Virus record (IMG/VR): IMGVR_UViG_3300028400_000005
Coordinates: 15,031-79,030 of that record
Source: a virus
Direction: 5' to 3' (one strand)
DNA: 64,000 nt
The translations under genes and the position numbers were made by a program. Positions 44,235 to 53,986 of this stretch are shown here, piece after piece (position 1 is the stretch's first letter; every line of letters begins with the position of its first letter). A model generated the notes under the pieces. It was given only the letters and a program-made list of their open reading frames with translations, made no database searches and was not told the DNA's origin.

Positions 44235-46376
44235 TTACGGCTCCGTGTGGAAGCAGACGCTCCAGGGGCTGTTCCCGTCGGCTCGGCTGATGAAGGTCAC
44301 CAGGTCCTCCGAGCCGTCGCTGTTGGCGTAGCTGTTGCCGGCCGCCACGTCCTTCGTCGGCCGCATGACGGTCCGCTCGAGGGGCAGGCTGAAGCGGTAG
44401 GGCCGGTCCATCCAGGCCGGGAAGCGCCCCTGCACGTCGGGCTCGAACTCGAGCGTGGGGGCGGACTTGGCGGTGGTGTACCGCTTCCGGGTGCCGCTGA
44501 ACCAGCCGGGGAGCGGCGAGAGCTGCCATACCTGCCCCGCCTCCACGCTGGCGAGCGCCACGTCCACCCCGAGGGGGAGGCAGGCGCCGTAGGCCCACTT
44601 ACCGTTGCTGCTGTTCTCGGTGGACTCCGTAGGCGCGACCTCGTAGAGCTGGGGGTTGGGGCTGCTGTCGCCCGGGGAGCGGGTGACCATCATCAGCCCT
44701 TCCCCGAAGGCGCTCGTGCCGCTCGTGGGGGTGTCGCCCACCTCGAACTCGAGCCACAGGCTGAGGCTCATGTGCACCGCGGCGTTGTTGGGGGCGATGG
44801 TGAAGTCGGCGCCGGTCACGTTGAGCACGGTCGAGCCCTGGACCCAGGCGGTGTCGTCGCTCAGGTCGCGGCAGACCACCGGCCCGAGCATGCGCGCGCC
44901 GGTGCCGATGGGGCTGCGCACCGTCGGCACGCCGCGGTAGCTTTGGGTCTTCACGTTGGTGGGAGGCACGAGCAGGTAGTAGCCGGGGGCAAGGTCCAGG
45001 TTCAGGTCCTCGGCGAGCAGCGACCCCGAGCTGCTGCTGCCGTCGCCGACCATGGGAACGTCGGCCACCTTCTGCTCGTAGACCAGGTCGCCGTTCGTGA
45101 GGCTGACCTTGTAGAGGCGGAAGGTGTAGGTGTTCGAGTAGCTGCCGTACACCAGGTCGAGCCGCGCCTGCGTGAGCTTGCGGTTCTGCCCCTCGACCTT
45201 GAAGAGCAGCCCGACGTGCTGGGGGGCGCGGGTGAGGCTCGTGACGTTGCTCGCGTCGGCCTCGAGCCAGCGCGCGCGCTCGCGGCGCTCGGGGATCGTG
45301 GTGGGCGCGGCGGGGAAGACGCTTTTGTCCACCCGGTCGGCGTGGATGTGGATGGTGCTCGAGCCCGCCTGCGCGCTGCGCAGGAAGAAACCGCGGTGGT
45401 CGCCGTTGGAGGCGAGCAGCACGCTGAGGTCGGCACCGTAGGAGTAGTGCTTGACCACCGCGTAGGTGGGCAGGTGCTCGTTGACCACGCCGATCTGCTG
45501 GAGGCCGTCGTCGCGGAAGGCGTTGAAGAGGTGGCCGAAGAGCTGGGTGGGCCGCCAGTAGCTCGTCGAGGAGGGGACGCTCGATTCGTAGTTGAGGTAG
45601 GGCGGCAGGAGCAGCACCCGCGGCCGGTAGGCGTCCTGGATGGGCAGCGGGCGCATGTAGCCGTGGGCGTAGCCCGCCCCGTCGAGGAAGCGGAACTCGA
45701 ACAGCGGGCCGTCGAGGTTGGGCCCCTGCACGCCGAAGGCGTCGGGGGTCACGATGTACTCGATCTGGTCAATGCGCAGAATGACGTTCTTGGCGTAGAT
45801 GAGGGCGTGCGTCGCCACTTCGGCGACACCGCTCAGGGCGTCGGGGTGGCTCCAGAGGGTGGTGTAGGACTGGCCCACGGTGTAGCTCGAGCCCCAGGCC
45901 GGATCTTTGAGGCTGGCGGCGCGGGTGGAGCTGGTGATCTGGGAGGGATTGGTGCTGACGGCCCCCTCGACCACGTGCATCTCGATGTCCGTGAAGGCGC
46001 CGGTGGTGGCCCCGTCGGCGCGGTAGACCGGGGTGAAGGTGATGCGGAACGCCTTGAGGCCGGGCAGGTAGAAGAGCAGCGGCCAGCGGTGCCGGCCGTC
46101 CTGCGTGGGGTAGACGTAGGCCTTGCCGGCGAGGTTGTCCACCCAGTCCACCGCGGTCACGTTGGTCACCGAGGACGGCGCCGTCACGCTGCCGTCGGGG
46201 CGGACCGCGATGGGGCTCGCCTCGGTGTCGGTGGCCTGCTGGGCGGTGAAGCGGTAGCCGCCCTGGATGCTGACTTTACCGGTCCCCCACCCGAGGGTGT
46301 CGAAGGCGGTCTTGTACTGGTCGGCCAGCTGACCGATCGTGAAGGGGGATGCGAGGTTGGCGGAATACTTGGGCAT
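44235..46376 (-). CDS. Tail/receptor-binding structural protein
   Basis: Beta-rich Ser/Thr/Tyr composition in the baseplate operon; GGAG RBS. Confidence 0.65.
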   Translation of the reverse strand: MPKYSANLASPFTIGQLADQYKTAFDTLGWGTGKVSIQGGYRFTAQQATDTEASPIAVRPDGSVTAPSSVTNVTAVDWVDNLAGKAYVYPTQDGRHRWPLLFYLPGLKAFRITFTPVYRADGATTGAFTDIEMHVVEGAVSTNPSQITSSTRAASLKDPAWGSSYTVGQSYTTLWSHPDALSGVAEVATHALIYAKNVILRIDQIEYIVTPDAFGVQGPNLDGPLFEFRFLDGAGYAHGYMRPLPIQDAYRPRVLLLPPYLNYESSVPSSTSYWRPTQLFGHLFNAFRDDGLQQIGVVNEHLPTYAVVKHYSYGADLSVLLASNGDHRGFFLRSAQAGSSTIHIHADRVDKSVFPAAPTTIPERRERARWLEADASNVTSLTRAPQHVGLLFKVEGQNRKLTQARLDLVYGSYSNTYTFRLYKVSLTNGDLVYEQKVADVPMVGDGSSSSGSLLAEDLNLDLAPGYYLLVPPTNVKTQSYRGVPTVRSPIGTGARMLGPVVCRDLSDDTAWVQGSTVLNVTGADFTIAPNNAAVHMSLSLWLEFEVGDTPTSGTSAFGEGLMMVTRSPGDSSPNPQLYEVAPTESTENSSNGKWAYGACLPLGVDVALASVEAGQVWQLSPLPGWFSGTRKRYTTAKSAPTLEFEPDVQGRFPAWMDRPYRFSLPLERTVMRPTKDVAAGNSYANSDGSEDLVTFISRADGNSPWSVCFHTEP

Positions 46377-46385
46377 GGGTCTCTC

Positions 46386-48356
46386 CTAGGGCTTGACGAG
46401 GAGCAGGTGCGCCTCGGCCTGGTTCGAGTAGATCGTCTGCCGCCAGACGAAGACGTAACGGTTGCCGTCCTCGGCGAGCCAGCTGTCGCCCAGGTTGGCC
46501 GAGAAGGCCGCGTCGCGCGCGAGGTAGACGTTGGCGAGGCGGCCGCGGTTGGAGGCTACGCTGTCCGAACGGGCGACGTGGGTCTCGGTGAGGGCCATTC
46601 GGTCGAGCAGCCGCGTGCCCAGCGCGACCTCGTAGTAGGGCACCGCAGGCTGGCCGGCGTCGTAGGCGTTGTTCCACCCGGGCGGGGTGTGGAAGTTGGG
46701 ACCCCAGGCCAGCTGGTAGGACTTCGCCAGCGGCCCGGTGGCGGCCACGACGTAGCCCACGCGGTCGTCGGGGACGAGCAGCCCCCAGCGCGCCCAGGCG
46801 CTACCGTCGTCGGCCGACGAGGGGGGGTCCAGGAAGTCCGCGATGACGACGGGGGCTTTGTACGCGCCGGCCTGGTAGAAGGCCAGCGCCAGCCCCTGCG
46901 CGTTGCCGATGGCGTCAATGAAGAGGTCCTCGTCCTGGGTCATGGCCAGCGTGATCGCGCCCAGGCTTGCATGCGGCCGCACGTACGAGGTCGAGGCGGT
47001 CGAGCTTTGGCTGTTGTCGAAGATGTCGCCGTTGGCCCCGCCGTACCACTTCAGCGCCACGGCGTCGCCGTGCTCGAAGCCGGAAGCGGCCACCGTGGTG
47101 GCGACCTTGAGCTTGAAGGAGGGGGCGCCGGCGTCCACGACGCGCCACGCCAGCGCCTTGTTGTGGCCGGCCCCGGAAGTGGCGTTGGTGTCCGCGCGAA
47201 GCAGCCCCCCGATGGGCTTGTGCCGCACCCACACTCCGTGCACCTCGAACTTGAGGTGCGACGTGTAGTTGGAGTAGCGCACCACCGAGAAATACTGCAC
47301 GCCCAGCCCCGGCTCGCGCGGCTCGAGGAGGAGGAGCAGGGGGTGCTGCGCGTTCCCTGCGTACCACTCGGGAACGATGACCGCGGTTTGGTCGGAGCTG
47401 GTCGAGACGGGAGAGCTCCAGTTCCGGCGCGTGTGGTCGTAGAGGGAGACCCCCGTCCAGTCGGGGCGGGCGTCCAGCTTGAACGCCACCGCGCTTCCCG
47501 GGAGCGCCAGCGCGAGCATGGAGGCGTAGTTGTTGGTGCTGTCGATCGTCTCGTCCACAGCCACCGGGGTCGGCAGGGGGTGGTAGACCCAGAAGCGCGG
47601 GGGCTGCCAGGCGGTCGCGGTCGCGCCCTTCTCCAGCTGCGGGAAGGCGAGGCGCAGGCCCCGCTCACGCTGGGTCCCGTCCCACGATCCGCGGCCGCCC
47701 AGGTGGATGTACACGACGCCGCTCGAGCCCGTGGTGAAGGTGATGACCTTGCGCGCCCACACCCCGAGGCCCGCGGTCAGCCCGTCGGCGTCCTGGAAGA
47801 GGTCGTAGGCGGCCGTGCCGCTGCTCCCGGTGCCCGCGTCCACGTACAGGCTCCAGTCGGCGCTGCCCAGCTTCTTGTAGTAGAAGCTGAACGTGTAGGT
47901 GGTGTTGGGCTCGAGGCCAAACTCCCACCAGAGCACGTTGTCGTTGTTGTAGTTCCACAGGTCGGCCGAGCCGCCCTTGTACCAGGCGGGCGGCGCCGGC
48001 TCGCTGGGCAGGTCGGCGGTCGCCCCGTAGTTTTCTCCGATCAGGCGCACGCTGTAGGCCTTGCGCGGCGTCCAGTTCTTCGCCGCGCCCGGGGTGGGGT
48101 CGAACCCGCTGGTGCGGTCGAAGACGGTCAGGGAGAAGTTGGCGGGCCCGACCGCGAAGAAGGTGTGGTCGGGGTGGTCGAGCAGGTTGGGGCTGCCGTT
48201 GTCCAGGTCGGTGTCGCTGGGGAAGTAGGCGCTTTGCAGACCCACGCCGGCCGCGACCTCGAGCAGGCGGCTGGTGAACACCTCGGCGGGGTCGCCGTAG
48301 GTGTCGTCCGGCGACTTCTTGAAGGGAGCGGGTACGTACTTCGACGACTGGGGCAT
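46386..48356 (-). CDS. Tail protein with carbohydrate-binding-like (CBM4/9-like) module
   Basis: LEPNTTYTFSFY...W.RKVITFTT...PQLEKGATATAWQP motif common in phage tail proteins. Confidence 0.7.
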   Translation of the reverse strand: MPQSSKYVPAPFKKSPDDTYGDPAEVFTSRLLEVAAGVGLQSAYFPSDTDLDNGSPNLLDHPDHTFFAVGPANFSLTVFDRTSGFDPTPGAAKNWTPRKAYSVRLIGENYGATADLPSEPAPPAWYKGGSADLWNYNNDNVLWWEFGLEPNTTYTFSFYYKKLGSADWSLYVDAGTGSSGTAAYDLFQDADGLTAGLGVWARKVITFTTGSSGVVYIHLGGRGSWDGTQRERGLRLAFPQLEKGATATAWQPPRFWVYHPLPTPVAVDETIDSTNNYASMLALALPGSAVAFKLDARPDWTGVSLYDHTRRNWSSPVSTSSDQTAVIVPEWYAGNAQHPLLLLLEPREPGLGVQYFSVVRYSNYTSHLKFEVHGVWVRHKPIGGLLRADTNATSGAGHNKALAWRVVDAGAPSFKLKVATTVAASGFEHGDAVALKWYGGANGDIFDNSQSSTASTSYVRPHASLGAITLAMTQDEDLFIDAIGNAQGLALAFYQAGAYKAPVVIADFLDPPSSADDGSAWARWGLLVPDDRVGYVVAATGPLAKSYQLAWGPNFHTPPGWNNAYDAGQPAVPYYEVALGTRLLDRMALTETHVARSDSVASNRGRLANVYLARDAAFSANLGDSWLAEDGNRYVFVWRQTIYSNQAEAHLLLVKP

Positions 48357-48365
48357 GGCGTCTCC

Positions 48366-49427
48366 TTAGCTGGTGCTACCCTCGAGCACGCCCACCACGG
48401 CGCGCTCGCCGGGGGCGACGGGCACGTCGGCCGCGGGTTCGATGAGGGTGATCTCGCGCACGTCGGGATGGGCCACGGTGAGGGCGGCGATGAGGTTTTC
48501 CCGGCTCAGCTTCTGCCCGATCTGCAGGTCGCGCACGTGCTGGCGGGCGGCCTCGTAGCAGGCGGCCAGGGCCTCGTCGCTGCCGTCCACCTGGAAGCGG
48601 ATGTCCACGTACTTCGGTGCCGCGGCGATGACCTCGAGGGACACCCCGGCGGGGCGTCCGGCGTCGAGCGCGGTGCGCAGGTAGTCCACCATCTCGGGGG
48701 TGACGCTGGCCGAGCCGTTGTCCACGTACAGGCGCACCACCGCCGGCGGGAGGCTGGGGTCGCGGGTGATGTCGCGCGCGAGCACCTGGGTTACGCGCTC
48801 GCCCGCGGGGCTGGTGGCCTCGAGCGCGGCGGCCTCGAGGGACTGCAGGGTACCCTTCTGCAGGCCGGTAAAGAAGCGGGCGAAGCGGGCGATCTGGTCT
48901 TCGAGGGCTTCCTCGTCACGGCCGCCTACGGCGGGCTGGGGGTTGGTCACCTGCTCCACGCCCGGGATGAGGTCCACGAGCTCGGTCACGGTGCCCGCGG
49001 GCACGTTGCCGGCGGAACCCGGCTCGACGGCGCGCGCCGGCACGTCCACAAAGGTCTCGTTCAGGGGGATGGTGGCGTCGCTGGTCGTCTCGAAGCGAAC
49101 CCCGCTGGGCGTCTGGGCCCGGGTGCCCGCGGGGATGAGGTACGGCTCGGGGGCCGCGCTCGAGCGCGAGAAACGCAGGGTGGTCACGGCGGCTACGGCG
49201 GTCTCGCGCGGCAGCCCGAAGGCGCGGAACGCGGCCTCGGGTACGGCGCGCTCGAGCTCCTGGTCGAAGCGGGCGGTAAGGTCCTCGATCTCGAACCCCA
49301 CGGCCTCGAAGATGGTGCGCAGCACGTCCCCCTCGACCGCGCTCGGTTGGATCCCGGTACGGTAGAAGAACCACCGCAGCATGTCCAGGGTGGCTTCGTC
49401 GAGTGGGGTGTACGTCGCGTTCGGCAT
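48366..49427 (-). CDS. Baseplate J-like protein
   Basis: IPAGTRA, FETT, VPARAVEPGSAGNVPAGTVT, VTNP....GGRDEE, RPAGV. Confidence 0.92.
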   Translation of the reverse strand: MPNATYTPLDEATLDMLRWFFYRTGIQPSAVEGDVLRTIFEAVGFEIEDLTARFDQELERAVPEAAFRAFGLPRETAVAAVTTLRFSRSSAAPEPYLIPAGTRAQTPSGVRFETTSDATIPLNETFVDVPARAVEPGSAGNVPAGTVTELVDLIPGVEQVTNPQPAVGGRDEEALEDQIARFARFFTGLQKGTLQSLEAAALEATSPAGERVTQVLARDITRDPSLPPAVVRLYVDNGSASVTPEMVDYLRTALDAGRPAGVSLEVIAAAPKYVDIRFQVDGSDEALAACYEAARQHVRDLQIGQKLSRENLIAALTVAHPDVREITLIEPAADVPVAPGERAVVGVLEGSTS

Positions 49428-49804
49428 TATCCCTCCACGATGATCGTCATGTTCAGGTCGTCGCCCTCGACGGGCTCGACCGTGACGGTGATCTCAAGCG
49501 CTCCGTCGGATCGGTACTGGGCGGTGCTGGCGCGAACGGACCGCACCCGCGGATCGGCTTCCAGGGACACCTTAGCCTCGAGGGCCGCCAGGCGCGCCCG
49601 CCACTCCTCGGCCACCTCGCCCACGTAGTCGCGCAAGCGGCTGCCGTACTGCGGGTGCGCCGGCAGCTCGCCCGGGTAGGTGATGAGGCGGCGGTACAGG
49701 GCCTTCGCCAGCTGCTGGGCGCCGCCCTCCATGGCGGGCCTCGAGCCCTCCATGATGAGGACCAGGTCCTTGCTGTCCCAGCCCAGGTCGCGCTGGGCGC
49801 TCAT
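49427..49804 (-). CDS. Baseplate wedge gp25/GpW-like protein
   Basis: QLAKALYRRLITYPGELPAHPQYGSRL, LEADPRV. Confidence 0.85.
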   Translation of the reverse strand: MSAQRDLGWDSKDLVLIMEGSRPAMEGGAQQLAKALYRRLITYPGELPAHPQYGSRLRDYVGEVAEEWRARLAALEAKVSLEADPRVRSVRASTAQYRSDGALEITVTVEPVEGDDLNMTIIVEG

Positions 49805-50418
49805 GTTCCACCTCCGAGGCGCACCTGCTGGCGCCATGCCCACCCGAGGGTGAGCTCCACGCGGACGTTTTCGCCGGCCTCCCAGCGGAAGAGGCCGCGG
49901 AAGGCCACGTACTGCAGGAAGGGCAGCTGCACCCCCAGACCCCAGTCGAGACCGCGGGCCTCGGCGCGGACGGCCAGGCTGAGCAGGCGGTCCACCAGGC
50001 GGTAGCTCACCCGCAGCGAGGCGTCCACGGCCACCTCATTGCGGGCGCTCGTGAGCGCGGTGATGGCTGTGGCCAGGTCGCGCGTCTCGAGGGTCAGGCC
50101 CGCCCCGGCGCCGAAGACGAGCTCGGGGGGCTGCCCGCTGCGAAGCTCCAGCGAGGCGTCGGTCATGAGCGAGGCCATGGCGCTCAGGATGCCCTGGGCC
50201 TCGGTGTTGGTCACGGAGCCCGCCGCCTGCGTGAGGAGCTGCGCGGCGGCCTCGAGCTTGACCGCCCCCGTCAGCCGCACGCGGCCGCTCCGGTCGCTAC
50301 GGAGGCCCAGGGCCGCGCGTGCGCGGGTGCGGGCCTGTGCCCGGGGGACGACGGCGGCCTCCACCGCGGCGGCGGTCTCGGGGCTGGTGGACGTGGGGCA
50401 GAGACTGCACTTAGGCAC
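49801..50418 (-). CDS. Baseplate-region hypothetical protein
   Basis: GTG start after GAGGAGG; coupled to neighbours. Confidence 0.55.
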   Translation of the reverse strand: MPKCSLCPTSTSPETAAAVEAAVVPRAQARTRARAALGLRSDRSGRVRLTGAVKLEAAAQLLTQAAGSVTNTEAQGILSAMASLMTDASLELRSGQPPELVFGAGAGLTLETRDLATAITALTSARNEVAVDASLRVSYRLVDRLLSLAVRAEARGLDWGLGVQLPFLQYVAFRGLFRWEAGENVRVELTLGWAWRQQVRLGGGT

Positions 50419-51040
50419 CGGCCACCTCCTCACGCTCCGCGCAGAACGCGGCGATGACCTGCTCGGGATCGGCCTCGAGCCCGCCGGATACCGTGTCGGC
50501 GGCCGCCTGCGGCGGGCCTACGGGACGCAACCCCTTGAGCTTGAGGGTCCAGCGCTCGACGAGGGGGGAGGCGTTCGAGCGCTGCCCGAGGGGGACGAGC
50601 AGCGGCACGACCTCCCAGCTGTGGCCCTGGTAGGTGTCGTGCCACTCGAGGGTGAGCAGGGGCTGCTGCGCCCGGGCGCGCTCGCGGTTGGTCTCCAGGT
50701 AGTAGCGGATGTAGGCCTCGAGCGCCCGCTGCGCGGTGTAGGCGTCCAGGGTGACGCCCTCGACGCTGCGCGCCGAAAGCAGGAACTGGCCCTCGATGTC
50801 CCATTGGGGCGGGGCCGCCCCCTGCTCGTCGGCCACCGCGCCGTAGGGCGTGTCCATCACGCCGATGCGGGTCGGCTGATTGACCCGGATGGACTGCGGG
50901 GGGATCGGCAAGGGAAACACCCCGTCCCGCCCGGCGACGGGGTGGCCGGGCACGGGATGGGCGGCGCCGTTCTCGCGGATGCGCAGGATGAACGCCGCCT
51001 CCTGCAGGCGCTGGCGGTGGGTCGAGGTCGGGTGCGCCAT
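50411..51040 (-). CDS. Tail tube initiator-like protein
   Basis: FPLPIPPQSIRV.QP.R and ..IEGQF motifs; position after the spike gene. Confidence 0.6.
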   Translation of the reverse strand: MAHPTSTHRQRLQEAAFILRIRENGAAHPVPGHPVAGRDGVFPLPIPPQSIRVNQPTRIGVMDTPYGAVADEQGAAPPQWDIEGQFLLSARSVEGVTLDAYTAQRALEAYIRYYLETNRERARAQQPLLTLEWHDTYQGHSWEVVPLLVPLGQRSNASPLVERWTLKLKGLRPVGPPQAAADTVSGGLEADPEQVIAAFCAEREEVAGA

Positions 51041-51073
51041 GTCTGCACCCTAGGTCCCCGTGCGGTGGGTAGC

Positions 51074-52087
51074 CTATTCGGACTTGGCCTTGCTCGAGCC
51101 GCTGGTGATGGTGCCGGTGGCCGTGCCCGAGACCGTGCCCCCCGAGGTGCAGGGGAGGGCCGCAATCGTGACCTCCACGCTGTCCCCGACCCGGGCCAGG
51201 GGTACGCCGCCCTCGCCCGCGAGCAGCACCTCCGGGGCGTCCAGCACGATCTTGGCGGGGTCGCTGACCGTGGTCACGCCGGCCTCGTCGTCGAGCAGCA
51301 CCTTGCGCCCGCCCTTGGTCATGACCTCGGCGAAGCCGTCCCCGTCGTCGAGCGTCACGGCGTGCCCGCCCGCGGTGCGCAGGCGTACGGCCGCCTTGGT
51401 TCCGTCGCCCCGGGCCGTCACGTCGCCGGTCTCGGGGTCGCGGGCCGCTTCGGTGTCGTCGTCGAGCTCGAGCGTGTGCCCGCCCGCGGTGCGTACCCAG
51501 AGGCTGCCGTCGGCGCTGAGGTGCACCTCGGCGCCGCTCGAGTGCCGCAGGTAGAGGTCCACCGGGGGACTTTCCGGCGGGGACCAGGCCGCGCGCTCCG
51601 GCGGGTTCCAGGGACGGGAGGGGCGGCGGGTGACGAACCGCTCCCAGAGGCGGCCCAGCCAGCTTCGGTTGCCGATCTGGCCGTCCTTCTTGCTCAGGAC
51701 CTGCAACGCGGTCCCGTCGGGCCAGACCGTCTCGCTCGAGCCGTCGCCCTCGGTGATCGTATACCGCCCGGAAGGGTGCTGCTCGAGGCGGGCGTGGGGG
51801 TCGCGCTGCATGAGCTCGTTGGGGACGGCGTTCCAGGCCCGGTCGGGAAGGGCGGCGATCCAGACCCCTGAGCGCTCGTCGTCGGCGTAGAACGCCACCA
51901 GGCCCCAGTCTCCGGGCTGGGGCAGCTCGAACTGCCCGCTTTCCGGGTGCGCCGGCGCGGCCAGGCTGGCGACGCGTACCCGCACCCCCTTACCCGACAG
52001 GGCGACCATGTGGGGAAAGACGACGCTCACCGCGTACTCCCCGGGGTGCACGTCCACGACCTGCGCGAGCTGAATGCCCTTGATCAT
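51074..52087 (-). CDS. Baseplate central spike (gpV/gp5-like)
   Basis: OB-fold N-terminus with LPQPGDWGLVAF, RTAGGHTLELDD repeats, LARVGD...GTITSGS C-terminus. Confidence 0.85.
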   Translation of the reverse strand: MIKGIQLAQVVDVHPGEYAVSVVFPHMVALSGKGVRVRVASLAAPAHPESGQFELPQPGDWGLVAFYADDERSGVWIAALPDRAWNAVPNELMQRDPHARLEQHPSGRYTITEGDGSSETVWPDGTALQVLSKKDGQIGNRSWLGRLWERFVTRRPSRPWNPPERAAWSPPESPPVDLYLRHSSGAEVHLSADGSLWVRTAGGHTLELDDDTEAARDPETGDVTARGDGTKAAVRLRTAGGHAVTLDDGDGFAEVMTKGGRKVLLDDEAGVTTVSDPAKIVLDAPEVLLAGEGGVPLARVGDSVEVTIAALPCTSGGTVSGTATGTITSGSSKAKSE

Positions 52088-52114
52088 GCCCCCACCGTAG
52101 CGGCGGGGGCGGTG

Positions 52115-52570
52115 TTAGGGGCTTATCCTGCAGGCAAAGAGCAGCAACCCGGAGCCTTCGTAAGCGGCGAGGCCGATTGCGGCAAGGTGGCGCGTCGAAC
52201 CCTGCGCGAACACGCCGAACGCTCCTGTATCGGCTTTCGGAAAGTAAAGGGGGAAGGCGTCCACGTTCCATTGCCCCACCCAGCCAGCTTCGGCAATGGA
52301 GCGCGCCACCTCTTTGGCGATGGTGAGGATACGCTCGTTGTCCCGCTCGGGCCATGCGTACAGCTCGCCTTCTTCGCAGCGTTGCCCCTGGTACATGAGC
52401 ACCGACGCCTGGAAGGCCAGCAAGGATTTCTGCGCGCCATAGACGGAGGACGATTCAGGGTGCGGGGGCGTTGGCCACCGCACCCCGAGCAGGGGAGAGT
52501 AGGCGCCGGCCGCGGCCAGCGCGAAGGCGGCGAGCAACCCGGCCGCCGCAAGGGTCCACGCGCGTTTCAT
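52115..52570 (-). CDS. Secreted hypothetical protein (moron-like insertion)
   Basis: Signal peptide MKRAWTLAAAGLLAAFALA; lower GC; TAGACT-N6-ATG. Confidence 0.6.
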   Translation of the reverse strand: MKRAWTLAAAGLLAAFALAAAGAYSPLLGVRWPTPPHPESSSVYGAQKSLLAFQASVLMYQGQRCEEGELYAWPERDNERILTIAKEVARSIAEAGWVGQWNVDAFPLYFPKADTGAFGVFAQGSTRHLAAIGLAAYEGSGLLLFACRISP

Positions 52571-52579
52571 GGGGTCAGT

Positions 52580-53983
52580 CTACCGCGTCTCCCGGCGCGC
52601 GAAGGGTCGCGCGTAGATGTCGCTGCCCACCCGCACAGGCTCGAGCCCCTGCACGAACCAGTCGGCGTCCCGGTAGACCCCGACCGGCAGACCGCGCTCG
52701 ACGGCCAGGCTCATCGAACCGCCGCGCTCGGGCTGCCACGTCAGCTGACGGCCGCGCACGTGGTACTCGGCCAGCTCCTCAGCGTCCCACAGGCTCGGCG
52801 CCCGCACGCGTTCGCCGGGGCGGATCCAGGGGTAAAAGGGAGCCTGCAGGGTGCCGCTCATCATCTCGTGCAGGCGGTTCCATTGCCCCGCGAGCCGGTA
52901 GGTGAGCGCGAACATGAAGTCGGCCACCGTGCTGCGGTCGAGGCCGTCGTTGAGCACGAGGTGGGTGCGGATGTTCATGGGCCGGTACCCGAAGCGCTGG
53001 ATGGAAGCGCGGTGCGCCACCACGGCCCCGAGCCCGAAGAGGAACTGGTCGTCGCTGAACGAGAGCGCGGGGTAGGCCATGAAGAAGTTGCGCACGGCGG
53101 TGTCGGTGCGCGCCCGGCTTTGCCCGCGCACCAGGTGCAGGTCGTGGTCCAGGGTGTGCAGCGGCAGCGCCTGCCACGCCGTAAGGACGCCGCGGCCGCC
53201 GGGGTCGGCGTACGGGTAGGGGGCCGCGCGCCAGCGTACGGTCGTCGCGCCCTCCTCGTCCCCGGGGGCGCTCGAGGCGCGGTGCCGCCAGCGCCCCCGC
53301 AGCTCCCCGGCCTTCGCCGTGGTGACGTACAGCTCGTGGAAGGGGTAGTCCAGGATGCGGCTGATGATCTCGAGGTGGGTTCCCTCGGCCGCGGTGAGCT
53401 CGGTGAAGAGCGGCCCCACGGCCTCGAGCCCGTCAAAGTCCAGGTGCACCAGGTCGCCGAGGCTGCGCCCCTGATGGCGGTACATGGCGTTGTGGAAGGC
53501 CACCCGGGTGAGGTAGCGGAAGGCCACCTCGGCGGGCACGCCGCTCATCTCGGCCGTCGTGAGCCGGCTTTGCACGGGCTGCCACCCCTCGACCGAACCC
53601 AGGTACATCCATTGCCGTACCGCGTCCTGCGCCAGGATGTGGGCCATGGAGGCCACGGTCAGCTGCACCGTGGCCTGGAGGCCGTCGCTGACGGCCTCGG
53701 TGTCGGCCACCGCGATTACGGGCCCGTGCAACAGGGGCTCCCAGCCGCCCCGGCTGCCGGTCCACGCGTACGCCTCGATCGTCACCAGGTCGCCCACGCG
53801 CACGAGCGCGGTGTAGGGACGCCGCGACCGGCCGCTCAGGGTGCGGTAGCGGGGGAGGGTGACGCTGCCCTGGGGCAGGGCCTCCTGGCCTACGCCGTCG
53901 GAGACCTGCACGCCCAGGACGTGCTCGGTGAGCTCGAGCTCGCCGTCGTCGGTCAGCACGCGCACGCGAACGTCCGAGACCAT
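52580..53983 (-). CDS. Baseplate hub protein (gpD/gp27-like)
   Basis: Position after TMP; YPFHELY, IQRFGYRP, SGTLQ...PWIRPGERV...YHV motifs. Confidence 0.75.
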   Translation of the reverse strand: MVSDVRVRVLTDDGELELTEHVLGVQVSDGVGQEALPQGSVTLPRYRTLSGRSRRPYTALVRVGDLVTIEAYAWTGSRGGWEPLLHGPVIAVADTEAVSDGLQATVQLTVASMAHILAQDAVRQWMYLGSVEGWQPVQSRLTTAEMSGVPAEVAFRYLTRVAFHNAMYRHQGRSLGDLVHLDFDGLEAVGPLFTELTAAEGTHLEIISRILDYPFHELYVTTAKAGELRGRWRHRASSAPGDEEGATTVRWRAAPYPYADPGGRGVLTAWQALPLHTLDHDLHLVRGQSRARTDTAVRNFFMAYPALSFSDDQFLFGLGAVVAHRASIQRFGYRPMNIRTHLVLNDGLDRSTVADFMFALTYRLAGQWNRLHEMMSGTLQAPFYPWIRPGERVRAPSLWDAEELAEYHVRGRQLTWQPERGGSMSLAVERGLPVGVYRDADWFVQGLEPVRVGSDIYARPFARRETR

Positions 53984-53986
53984 GGT

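Noticed and set aside
44223-49628. 1801-aa plus-strand ORF (and other long ORFs such as 78-2186, 4534-6948, 51947-54538, 57833-59905)
   Set aside because: Antisense shadows of well-supported minus-strand genes, expected in high-GC DNA; no recognisable motifs.
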